DNA of 63,923 nt, filler included, from an uncultured Gemmatimonadota bacterium (GTDB lineage: Bacteria > GCA-2686955), in assembly GCA_964490075.1 (NCBI GenBank). It is 3 parts of 3 records of this genome, joined end to end, with 100 filler letters (N's around TTAATTAATTAA, not from the genome) between each part and the next. Parts side by side here need not be neighbours in the genome. Positions count along the whole stretch, not along the records: positions 26,208 to 50,453 come from CAZBBK010000076.1; 2 more parts are not named here. One strand, given 5' to 3'. The notes below the pieces were generated by a model that made no database searches, was not told the origin of the DNA, and saw nothing but the letters and a program-made list of their open reading frames with translations. A program made the position numbers and the translations under genes. Position 1 is the stretch's first letter; the number at the start of each line of letters is the position of its first letter. Positions 39,639 through 48,479 of this stretch are shown one piece after another.

Positions 39639-41612
39639 ATGAGCCACTCCACCAACGATTCCGCCGGCCCCAGCCGCCAGGTCTACGACGCCCGCAGCAT
39701 CACCGTGCTGCCCGGGCTCGAAGCGGTTCGCCGCCGCCCCGGCATGTACATCGGTGCCACCGACGTCCAAGGGCTGCACCACCTGGTCTTCGAGGCGGTC
39801 GACAACGCCGTCGACGAGTCGCTGGCCGGTTTCTGCGCCCGCATCGCGGTCGCCGTCCACCGGGACGGCTCCTGCTCCGTCGAAGACGACGGCCGCGGCA
39901 TCCCGGTCGACCTGCACCCCGACGAGAACAAGCCGGCCTGTGAGGTGGTGCTCACCACGCTGCACTCCGGCGGCAAGTTCGAGCGCGGCAGCTACGGCAT
40001 CGCGGCCGGCCTGCACGGGATCGGGATCTCGACCGTCAACGCGCTCTCGGAGTGGCTCACGCTCGACGTCTACCGCGACGGCGTGAGCTACCGCCAGCGC
40101 TACCGGCGCGGGCGCGTCGCATCGCCCCTCGAGGAGGTGGGATCGATCGAGCGCCGCGGCACCCGAATCCACTTCATGCCCGACGCGGAGATCTTCGGCG
40201 CGGGCGTCGAATTCTCCGCCGAGCGTCTGCTGAGCCGGCTGCGGGAGCTCGCCTTCCTGGAGCCCGGCATCGAGATCCGCTACTCCGACGAGCGCGACGG
40301 GCGCGACGAGCTCTTCTGCTTCGCGGGCGGGATCCCCAGCTTCGTCGAGCACCTGAACCGCGCCCGCACCGCGCTGCACCCCGCGCCGATCCACATGCGC
40401 TCGCGCCTGAACGGCATCCGCATCGAGCTCGGCCTGCAATGGACCACCGGCTACGCCGAGGATCTGTGCAGCTTCGTCAACCACGTGCGCACCTCCGATC
40501 ATGGCAGCCACGTCGACGGCCTGATGGCGGCCATGACGCGGGCCATGAACCGCCATGCCGCCGACCGCCGGCTGCTCGAGTCGGGGGAGCGGCTGCAGAC
40601 CATGGACCTGCTAGAGGGACTGGCCGGCGTGCTCTCGGTGCAAATGACCGAGCCGCAGCTCGAGGGGCAGACCAAGACCCGCCTGCGCAGCGACCACGTG
40701 GCGGAGGTGGTCGAGGAGGGGGTGGTGCGGCACCTCGCGAGCTACCTCGAGGAGAATCGCTCGGTGGCCGCCACCATCATCGGTCGGGCGCTCGAGGCGC
40801 AGCGGGCACGGATCGCCGCCCGGCGAGCATCCGAGAGCGCTCGCTACGAAGCCTCCCAGGCCGAGGTCAACGAAGATGTCTACCGCGCTCAGTTCGGCAT
40901 CCGCTCGGAGAACTGGCACGAGTCGGCCACCTGGATCACCCACGAGAACCTGCTGGCGGCCCACGCCGCGGCCTCGAAGATGCCCGAGGACGGAGTGCTG
41001 CTCGACGTCTGCTGCGGCAGCGGCGTGGTGGGGGCCTCGTTCCAGGGCAAGGTGGGGCGCATCGTCGGCCTCGACCTCACCCCGCAGATGGCCGCGCTGG
41101 CTCGCACCCGACTGGACGAGGTGCACCTCGGCAACATCTATCACATCCCCTTCGACGAAGGCACCTTCGACGGCGTGGTGACGCGCGAGGTGCTGCACCT
41201 GCTGCCGGAGCCGGAGCGCCCGGTGGCGCAGATCTTCCGGGTGCTGAAGCCGGGCGGCCAGTTCATCGTCGGCCACATCCTGCCCTACGGGCCGACCGAT
41301 GCGCCGTGGATGTGGCGGGTCTTCAAGAAGAAGCAGCCGCTCATCTTTAGCATGTTCCAGGAGGAGGACTTCCGCGCGCTCCTGGAACAGGCCGGGTTCG
41401 TCGACATCGAGATGACCGAGCAGACCGTCTGGGAGTCGATCGACCTCTGGATCGACACCCACGAGACGCCCGCCATCCACCGCCACGAGATTCGCCGCCT
41501 CTTCGACAGCGCGCCGCAGATGGTTCGTGACGTCCATCCCTTCGAGATCCTGCCGAGCGGCGAGATCCGCGACCTCTGGCGTTGGTGCGTGTTCTCGGCG
41601 CGCAAGCCCTGA
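39639..41612 (+). CDS. Fusion: GyrB/ParE N-terminal GHKL ATPase+transducer domain :: class I SAM methyltransferase
   Basis: GLEAVRRRPGMYIG, LHHLVFEAVDNAVDE, DDGRGIP, LHSGGKF, GLHGIG, EGQTK, ARIAARRA. No TOPRIM; instead LLDVCCGSG, GLDLT..M, FD.V, VLKPGG. Confidence 0.88.
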   Translation: MSHSTNDSAGPSRQVYDARSITVLPGLEAVRRRPGMYIGATDVQGLHHLVFEAVDNAVDESLAGFCARIAVAVHRDGSCSVEDDGRGIPVDLHPDENKPACEVVLTTLHSGGKFERGSYGIAAGLHGIGISTVNALSEWLTLDVYRDGVSYRQRYRRGRVASPLEEVGSIERRGTRIHFMPDAEIFGAGVEFSAERLLSRLRELAFLEPGIEIRYSDERDGRDELFCFAGGIPSFVEHLNRARTALHPAPIHMRSRLNGIRIELGLQWTTGYAEDLCSFVNHVRTSDHGSHVDGLMAAMTRAMNRHAADRRLLESGERLQTMDLLEGLAGVLSVQMTEPQLEGQTKTRLRSDHVAEVVEEGVVRHLASYLEENRSVAATIIGRALEAQRARIAARRASESARYEASQAEVNEDVYRAQFGIRSENWHESATWITHENLLAAHAAASKMPEDGVLLDVCCGSGVVGASFQGKVGRIVGLDLTPQMAALARTRLDEVHLGNIYHIPFDEGTFDGVVTREVLHLLPEPERPVAQIFRVLKPGGQFIVGHILPYGPTDAPWMWRVFKKKQPLIFSMFQEEDFRALLEQAGFVDIEMTEQTVWESIDLWIDTHETPAIHRHEIRRLFDSAPQMVRDVHPFEILPSGEIRDLWRWCVFSARKP

Positions 41613-41719
41613 GCGCCGCCCGCCGCCGGTCCATGAAGCCCCTTGAACGATGATATGCTAGCCCTACCAGCGAGACGCTGGCCCGAGCCACACGACTCGG
41701 AACGCTAGGAGTGAACGCC

Positions 41720-43405
41720 ATGCGCAAACCATCACTGGCTCCAGAGCTCTACGCCGCATCGGATACCACGGTCGATCAGCACTATATGGGTCTGATGCGC
41801 GAGCAGGATCAGGCACCGCGCCCGACCGACCGGAACCTGCCGCGCTTCTCCCTGGTGGTCGGCCCCTCGCCCTTCACCATGCCGCGCGGCTGGGAATTCT
41901 TCCTGACCTCGCCCTACGAAGGTGCGAGCTACGTCGCCACGGTGCTGCACAACGCCGGCTACCCGACCCGCATCATCGACGTGCGCTACGCCCGCGACCC
42001 GATCGGCGAAGCACTGCGCCAGATCGAGGAGGGGACCGACGTGCTCGGGGTTTGCACCTTCGAGGACAACTACCCCTTCGTGCGCCGGCTGGTCGACCGC
42101 GTCAAGGACGCATCGCCGCAGCTGCCGGTGATCCTGGGCGGCTCGCTGGTGACTTCGTCGCCGCATATCTTCATGCAGCACACGCGTGCCGACATCGGAG
42201 TGATCAGCGAAGGCGAGCTCACCATCCTGGAGCTGATGGAGGCCTACACCGCCGGCCAGTGGCCGCGCCGCCTGAGCGAGATCCGCGGTCTGGTCTACCG
42301 CGACGCCGAGGGCAAGATGCGCCGCACCCCGCCGCGCGGTCAGATGCCCGATCTCGACTCGCTGCCGCGCATGCGCCTCGATCTCTGGCCGCAGGCCCAG
42401 GGACCGCAGGGGTTGCAGCCGCAGATCATCGCCTCCTACAGCCGCGGCTGCTACATGGACTGCTCGTTCTGCTACCGCACCACGCCCCAGGAACGGGTCA
42501 AGTCCCCCGAGAAGATGAACGCCGACATGAAGTGGCTGAAGGAGCGCTACGACACCGAGTTCATCTTCTTCGTCGACCTCACCTTCAGCGCCCGCCGCGA
42601 CTACACCCTGCAGATGATGGACGTGATCAAGGACCACGACGTGCGCTGGACCTGCCTCACCCGCTGCTCCGACGTCGACCCGGTGCGCCTGGAGGCGATG
42701 AAGGGGGCCGGCGCCGACATCATCCTCTACGGCGTGGAGTCGCTCGGCAAGGCGAGCCTGAAAGAGGCGCGCAAGGGCAACTCCGAAAATCTGACGGTGC
42801 GCGCCATGTACGACACCTGGGACGCCGGCATCCGCTTCGGCGGCCTGATGATCGTCGGCCTGCCCGGCGAGACCAAGGAGACCCTCGACCACGCCTGCGA
42901 CTGGGCCGAGGAGCACCAGCACATCACCCGCGTCAAGTACCTCTCGGCCATGCCCGGCACCTCGGTGTTCCAGCAGGGGCTGCAAGACGGCCTGATCCGT
43001 TCCGAGATCGATCACCTGAACTGGCTGTCGATCGAGCAGGCCCTGGTGCAGGACGAGTTCATCAACTACACAGGCATGCCGGAAGCCGACCTGCGCGTCG
43101 CCTACCGGCGTCTCTACGATGCCTATCAGCCGGGTCCGGTGGTCGACTTCAAGCACTGGCCCGGCTTCTTCGAGTACCATCAGCCCAACACGACCGACGG
43201 CTCCGGCGCCTGCGTCGACTACGCGGGCCAGGGCTGGCGATCGCGGTTCTCCTCGGCCGGGCCCTACCTGCTTCCGGGCTCCGAGTCCTTCGGGCTGGCC
43301 GACGTGGGCGCGCGGGGAGTGAGCGACACCGGGGCCGCCGTCGACTGGGCGGTCGAGATGCGTGAAAAGGAGTTTCGCGCGCCACTGGAAGCGAATGGCG
43401 GTTGA
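41720..43405 (+). CDS. B12-binding radical SAM enzyme (class B methyltransferase-like)
   Basis: N-terminal cobalamin-binding fold (VILGG, EGE.TI.EL), SRGCYMDCSFC, YGVES, IVGLPGET, PGT. AGGAG RBS at 41707. Confidence 0.9.
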   Translation: MRKPSLAPELYAASDTTVDQHYMGLMREQDQAPRPTDRNLPRFSLVVGPSPFTMPRGWEFFLTSPYEGASYVATVLHNAGYPTRIIDVRYARDPIGEALRQIEEGTDVLGVCTFEDNYPFVRRLVDRVKDASPQLPVILGGSLVTSSPHIFMQHTRADIGVISEGELTILELMEAYTAGQWPRRLSEIRGLVYRDAEGKMRRTPPRGQMPDLDSLPRMRLDLWPQAQGPQGLQPQIIASYSRGCYMDCSFCYRTTPQERVKSPEKMNADMKWLKERYDTEFIFFVDLTFSARRDYTLQMMDVIKDHDVRWTCLTRCSDVDPVRLEAMKGAGADIILYGVESLGKASLKEARKGNSENLTVRAMYDTWDAGIRFGGLMIVGLPGETKETLDHACDWAEEHQHITRVKYLSAMPGTSVFQQGLQDGLIRSEIDHLNWLSIEQALVQDEFINYTGMPEADLRVAYRRLYDAYQPGPVVDFKHWPGFFEYHQPNTTDGSGACVDYAGQGWRSRFSSAGPYLLPGSESFGLADVGARGVSDTGAAVDWAVEMREKEFRAPLEANGG

Positions 43406-43439
43406 GCGCGCCGCGGGGCGGCGGGCGCAGGAGTGAAGA

Positions 43440-44180
43440 TTGACAGCCCAGGATGTTCGGGAACATTTCTCGGCGCGAGCGGAACGCTATGACCGTTCCA
43501 GCCACTGGTGCGGCGACCGCGATTTCCTGCGGCGGATCATCGCCCGGATCGGCGTCGGACCGGGCGCGACGGTGCTCGACGTGGCGTCGGGGACCGGTCA
43601 GGTGGCACGGGTGCTGCGGGAGACGGGCGCGACCGTGGTCGGGCTCGATTTCACGGAGGCGATGCTGCGCCAGGGAGTCCTCCGCACCGACCGTTTCTTG
43701 ACCGCCTCGGCCGAGGCGATGCCGCTGGCCGACGACTCTGTCGACGCGGCGATTGAGCGCCAGGGGATCCAGTTCATGGACGACCAGGCGGCGGTGCGCG
43801 AGATGGTGCGGGTGACGCGCCCCGGCGGGCGGGTCTGCCTGGTGCAGCTCTGCGCTTTCGGCAACGACGACGAGCGCGAGTACTTCGAGATTCTGCGGCT
43901 GCGCAACCCGGCCCGGCGCAACTTCTACCGGCTCGAGCGGCTGGACGAGCTGCTGCGCAACGCGGGCTGCCGCGAGGTGGCGGTGCACCGCGAGCACTCC
44001 CGCGAGGACGTCCGGATCTGGGCCGACAACGGAGCCATTCAGAGCGAGGCTCAGCGCGCCATCGAGGCCTGCTACCGCGACGCCTCGGAGCCTTTCCGGC
44101 GCCTGCACCAGGTGCACTTCGAGGGCGAGGGGACGATCGTCGACCACATGCTCTTCGGCATCGCGATTGGTACTTGTTGA
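43440..44180 (+). CDS. Class I SAM-dependent methyltransferase
   Basis: VLDVASGTG, GLDFT.AML, EMVRVTRPGG. TTG start with AGGAG RBS. Confidence 0.9.
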   Translation: MTAQDVREHFSARAERYDRSSHWCGDRDFLRRIIARIGVGPGATVLDVASGTGQVARVLRETGATVVGLDFTEAMLRQGVLRTDRFLTASAEAMPLADDSVDAAIERQGIQFMDDQAAVREMVRVTRPGGRVCLVQLCAFGNDDEREYFEILRLRNPARRNFYRLERLDELLRNAGCREVAVHREHSREDVRIWADNGAIQSEAQRAIEACYRDASEPFRRLHQVHFEGEGTIVDHMLFGIAIGTC

Positions 44181-45598
44181 TGGGGACCAGCCAGCAGGGA
44201 CCGATCGGGGGCACGGGCCAGGCGGCGGAGTCGCTGGACGAGGCCCGTCCCAACGGCATCGATTCCGGTCTGGTGGCGGCGCTGAGCGACATTGCGCAGC
44301 GATCGCCGATCTCGACCCAGAGCTTTCGGCGCCGCGTGCGCGATCTGATCCTGGTCTGCTCGAGCTCGCGGGGCGGCTCCAGCGTGTTCTCCGAGATGCT
44401 GCGCCACTCCGAAGATCTGCTGCATTTCCGCGCCGAGATCAACCCCTTCCTGGTGCTCAGCGAGCTCTCGTGGCCGCGCAGCGAGACCGGCTCGGACCAG
44501 CTCCACGCCCACCACGCGACGCGCGCCGACGCCCTCGACTTCTGGCTGGCCTGGGATGTCGGCGGGCAGGCGGAGCGTCTGCGCAACGACGAAGAGCTGG
44601 ACCGTTTCGCGGTGCATCTCACCTGGCGGCTGCAGGCGCAGTGGCCGGAGGAGCGCTTCGAGATCGACGAGGTGCATCGCCGGGCGCTCGAGGTACTGCG
44701 CGAGCCCAGCGACAACCATCCCGGAATCGACGATCCGCAGCATTTCCACATCTGCTTCCTGAAACGGCTGCGGCGCGACCATCCGCGGGTCAACCCCTAC
44801 TACTACGATCTCGATCCGGCGCTGATCGCTCGGCTCGATCCCGAGGCGGGTGTTCCCGACGGTCCGCCCAGCGACTTCCTGATCGAGGAGCCGCCCTTCG
44901 TCGCCACCCTGCCCTGGGCGGTGCCGACCGCGGAGGAGATCGAGAGCCGCCCGCTGGTGATCAAGACGCCGAGCAACGCCTATCGGCTGCCCTTCTTCCG
45001 CGCTTTCTTCCCCAACGCCCGCATCCGCACCCTGCACCTGACCCGCCACGCCGCCGACGCCATCAACGGCCTCTACGACGGCTGGCTGCACCGCGGCTTC
45101 TTCTCCCATCCGGTGCAGGCGGCGCTCGGGGGCCGCGAGCTGAGCATCCCTTCCTACAGCGACGACCAGCCCGAGTGGGGGAAGAGCTGGTGGAACTTCG
45201 ACCTGCCGCCGGGCTGGCAGGAGTGGATCGACGCGCCTCTGGAGCAGGTCTGCGCCTTCCAGTGGCGGGCGGCGCACCAGGCGGTGCTCGACTGGGTGGC
45301 CGAGGCTGACTCGGTCGACTACTTCCGGGTGTCGTTCGAAGAGAGCGTGCTGGCGTCTCCGGCCAAGCGCCGCGAGGTCTTCGAACGCCTGGCGGCATGG
45401 ATCGGAATCCCCTACCGGGGCGGGTTGGCGCGGGCGGTTCAGAGGGGACTGCCGCCGATCATGGCGATGGCGCCGCCCAAGCGCGACCGCTGGCGGGCGC
45501 GCGCCGAGCGCATCGAGCCCTTGCTGCGCGAGCCCCGCAACCGGGAGCTGCTGCTGCGCCTGGACTATCCGGCGCCGGCGCCGCGCGAGGGGCCCTGA
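44180..45598 (+). CDS. PAPS-dependent sulfotransferase family protein
   Basis: 5'-PSB-like SSSRGGSS..SEML, V.KTP.N, HLTR...D.I.GL..GW, CA.QW, V.FEE. TGATG coupling with the upstream gene. Confidence 0.8.
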   Translation: MGTSQQGPIGGTGQAAESLDEARPNGIDSGLVAALSDIAQRSPISTQSFRRRVRDLILVCSSSRGGSSVFSEMLRHSEDLLHFRAEINPFLVLSELSWPRSETGSDQLHAHHATRADALDFWLAWDVGGQAERLRNDEELDRFAVHLTWRLQAQWPEERFEIDEVHRRALEVLREPSDNHPGIDDPQHFHICFLKRLRRDHPRVNPYYYDLDPALIARLDPEAGVPDGPPSDFLIEEPPFVATLPWAVPTAEEIESRPLVIKTPSNAYRLPFFRAFFPNARIRTLHLTRHAADAINGLYDGWLHRGFFSHPVQAALGGRELSIPSYSDDQPEWGKSWWNFDLPPGWQEWIDAPLEQVCAFQWRAAHQAVLDWVAEADSVDYFRVSFEESVLASPAKRREVFERLAAWIGIPYRGGLARAVQRGLPPIMAMAPPKRDRWRARAERIEPLLREPRNRELLLRLDYPAPAPREGP

Positions 45599-45605
45599 GG
45601 GCCCG

Positions 45606-47168
45606 ATGAGCCCCAAGCTCGGCCTGGTCGCCCTCGCGGGACTCATCGTCGCGACGGGTGTGGCGATCCTGCATCTGCTCGGCCGAGGCGCATCGGAGCC
45701 GGTTGCCGCGCAGAGGGAGCCCCTGCACTTCGAGACCCGGCAGCCGAACTTGCTGGTGATCGCCCTCAACAACGTCTCCTGGGAGCACATGAGCCTCTCC
45801 GGCTACCATCGCCAGACCACGCCCGAGCTCGATCGCTGGGCGCGCGATGCGGTCGTTTTCAAAAACTTCTACTCCCACTGCTCGTGGACTCTGCCGGCCG
45901 GCACCTCGCTTTTCACCTCGCTCTATCCCTACAGCCATCGCGTGATGGATCGCTATCACGGCAATCTGCTCGACGAAGAGGTGATGCCCCTGGCCGAGGT
46001 GCTGGCGCGCAACGGCTACCGCGGCGCGGCGTTCACCGGGGGGCTCGACTACAAGCCGATCTTCGGACATATGCGGGGCTTCGAGCAGATCGCCGACAAT
46101 CCCAACTTCACCTCTTTCGCCACTACTTTCGCCCAGGCCGAAGAGTGGATCGAAGAGAGCGACGGCCGTCCTTTCTTCTGTTTCGTACACGGTTACGACG
46201 CCCATTCCCCCTTCAATCCGCCCGAACGCTTCAAGGGTGTGTTCAGCGATCCGGCGGGCAAGAACATCACCGTGACCACGCAGTACTCATTGCGCGGCTA
46301 CCAGGCCGAGGGCGGGGACTATGTCGCTTATTACATCTGGAACGAAGACCCTTTCTTGAAGAAGTCGGAGGCCGAGCGTGCCGGCAAGCGCTTTCCGATG
46401 GAGCGGCGCGTGGTGCTGACCGCCGACGACATCGACTATCTGACCGCGCTCTACGACGAGGAGCTGCTCTATATCGATTCGTTGCTGGCCGATTTCCTGT
46501 CTTCGTTGCAGCCGTCGGTGCTCGACAACACGGTGATCGCACTGGTTTCCGAGCATGGCGAGATGTTCGCCAAGCACGGGCGCTTCGGGCGCGCGGGAAC
46601 GGTGCGTGGCAACCTCTACGACGACGTGGTGCACGTTCCATTTCTGTTGCGAGCTCCGGGACTGGAAGGGCGGCGGGTCGATGCCCTGGCGCAGATGGTC
46701 GATGTGATGCCGACGCTGCTGGAGCTGCTGGGGATCACTCCGCCGGTCGGCGTGCAGGGCAAAAGTCTGTTGCCGGCGGTGGAGAGCGGCGCGGTGGTCA
46801 ACGAGCTGGTCTTCGCCGGAGCGCGTTTCAACCACGCGCGCAAGAAGAGACACCCTTTCTTCTGGGCCGAGACGCTGAACGAGTCGGTGCGCAGCCGCCG
46901 GTGGAAGCTGATCCGCGAGCTGGTCCACCCGGCCGCCAAGGGCTGGGAGGTGATCGAGGCGGCCGAGACCTTCGAGCTCTACGACATGGCGGAGGATCTG
47001 GGCGAGCAGGTCGACGTGGCGGCACTTCATCCGGATGTGACGGAGCGGCTCAAAGGCGAGCTTGCGGCCTGGGCCGATGAGTGCGGGGCCGCGGCGCGGA
47101 TGAGCCCGGCGACGGTCGAGGTGTCCGGCGAGATGGAACGCGAAGCGCGCGAGAAGGGCTATTGGTGA
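45606..47168 (+). CDS. Membrane-anchored sulfatase-like protein
   Basis: PNLLVI, GY.RQTTPELD, SWTLPAGTSLFT, HGYDAH, SEHGE, DVMPTLL, ELYD. Confidence 0.85.
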   Translation: MSPKLGLVALAGLIVATGVAILHLLGRGASEPVAAQREPLHFETRQPNLLVIALNNVSWEHMSLSGYHRQTTPELDRWARDAVVFKNFYSHCSWTLPAGTSLFTSLYPYSHRVMDRYHGNLLDEEVMPLAEVLARNGYRGAAFTGGLDYKPIFGHMRGFEQIADNPNFTSFATTFAQAEEWIEESDGRPFFCFVHGYDAHSPFNPPERFKGVFSDPAGKNITVTTQYSLRGYQAEGGDYVAYYIWNEDPFLKKSEAERAGKRFPMERRVVLTADDIDYLTALYDEELLYIDSLLADFLSSLQPSVLDNTVIALVSEHGEMFAKHGRFGRAGTVRGNLYDDVVHVPFLLRAPGLEGRRVDALAQMVDVMPTLLELLGITPPVGVQGKSLLPAVESGAVVNELVFAGARFNHARKKRHPFFWAETLNESVRSRRWKLIRELVHPAAKGWEVIEAAETFELYDMAEDLGEQVDVAALHPDVTERLKGELAAWADECGAAARMSPATVEVSGEMEREAREKGYW

Positions 47169-48013
47169 GGGGCGTAGGGGACGGCGCTTGGAGCGTCGCG
47201 CTGGCGTTTGTGCTGTGGGCGGCGGCCTGTGGCGGGGAGCGGGGGGACTGGGTCGAGGAGCAGAGGTTCGCGAACATCCCACGCAGTGGAAAGCGGGTGG
47301 TCTCCGGCCGGGTGGATTGCCCCGACTGCGAGGGAGAGATCCAGGTGACGGTGGCGGAGCTGCGGTTCGAGCTGACCGGCTCGCCGATCATCCGCGAGAT
47401 CGTCTGGATCGAGGAGCCGTGGCGCTTTCGCATCGACCGGCTGCCGGAAAAAGCGTCGCTGTCGATTCAGGCGCGTTGGGATCCGGGCGACACGGTGAGC
47501 TGGGGACCGCCCCTACCGAGCAGCCGGCTGATGCAGATCGAGCCCTTCCCTCCGGGCTCGGAGCCGATCGAAGGGATCGAGCTGGCGCTGCTGACCGCCG
47601 GCCAGGTGAAGGTCCGGCCGGGGGGGGGCGAGTCGGAGCGGAGGGCGACTCCCCCGAGTCCATTGAAGCTGGTGGACGAGCCCGAGGGCCTGCGGGTGCG
47701 GACTCTCACCGGCACGATCGAGTGCGCGGCCTGCACCGGCAGCTTGGCGGTGTTCCTCTCGGCGGTTCCGGTCGAAGATCCGCTGAGCACGGAGGTGGAC
47801 GCGCGGGTGTTTTTACACTCGGGCGAGGAGTTCAGCTTTGGCGGCGTGATCGCGACTCGCGAGTTCTTCCTCGGAGCCCGCTGGGACGCCGACGGCGAGC
47901 CGGGGCGGGGGCCGCCGGGACCCGAGGACCACTTCACGGTGCGGCCCATTCCGGCGCTGGGGCTGGACGAAGAGCAGCTCCCCCTGGCGATCGATTTGAT
48001 GTCGGCTTGGTGA
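47165..48013 (+). CDS. Hypothetical lipoprotein with two homologous CxxC-containing domains
   Basis: Lipobox AAAC. SGRVDCPDCEG...ARWDPG..GPP and TGTIECAACTG...ARWDADG..GPP. Confidence 0.6.
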   Translation: MRGVGDGAWSVALAFVLWAAACGGERGDWVEEQRFANIPRSGKRVVSGRVDCPDCEGEIQVTVAELRFELTGSPIIREIVWIEEPWRFRIDRLPEKASLSIQARWDPGDTVSWGPPLPSSRLMQIEPFPPGSEPIEGIELALLTAGQVKVRPGGGESERRATPPSPLKLVDEPEGLRVRTLTGTIECAACTGSLAVFLSAVPVEDPLSTEVDARVFLHSGEEFSFGGVIATREFFLGARWDADGEPGRGPPGPEDHFTVRPIPALGLDEEQLPLAIDLMSAW

Positions 48014-48093
48014 GGCTCGGCGGTCTCGACGTGGGTGGTTCTGGCCGCTTGCCCATTCCCGATCCGGCGGATTTGGCAACGGATCGAGGGCAA

Positions 48094-48408
48094 CTATCCG
48101 GCCTTGCGGCGACGCTCGTACTCCACACGCTCCGCCAGGTAGATCTTGAGAAGGGACTGGTACGGAACGTCGCGCTGGTTCGCCAGCACCTTCAGCTCGT
48201 TTAGAAGCGACTCGGGGAGACGAAGCGATATGGTGGCGGTCGATGGCTTCAGCCGTGCCAGGGTCACCGCCTGGGCCTTCGACCAATCGACGTAATCGAT
48301 CGAATCGTGAGAGTCCCAGAACTCCCGCTCTTCTTCCTCGGTCTTGAATCGCGGCAGGTTCTTCGGGCGCATGGCTCTACGTTTCGGACTCCTCTTGCGC
48401 TCGCTCAT
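48094..48408 (-). CDS. brnA: BrnA/CopG-family antitoxin
   Basis: P.FKTE.EEREFWD.HDS.DY.D, ISLRLP..LL..LK..A....VPYQSL.K. Confidence 0.88.
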   Translation of the reverse strand: MSERKRSPKRRAMRPKNLPRFKTEEEEREFWDSHDSIDYVDWSKAQAVTLARLKPSTATISLRLPESLLNELKVLANQRDVPYQSLLKIYLAERVEYERRRKAG

Positions 48409-48436
48409 ACTCTCTCCGCTCCCGCCGGCTCATGGG
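48377..48436 (-). pseudogene. C-terminal remnant of BrnT toxin
   Basis: PMSRRERREYE overlaps the antitoxin start, as in the usual brnT/brnA junction. The rest of the gene is absent. Confidence 0.6.
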
Positions 48437-48479
48437 AGTCATATACGCCCGTCAGGGGAATGGGCGAGAAGACTCGTGT

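Noticed and set aside
39639-41612. Annotation as housekeeping gyrB/parE
   Set aside because: TOPRIM and C-terminal domains are absent and replaced in frame by a methyltransferase; no gyrA/parC is adjacent.
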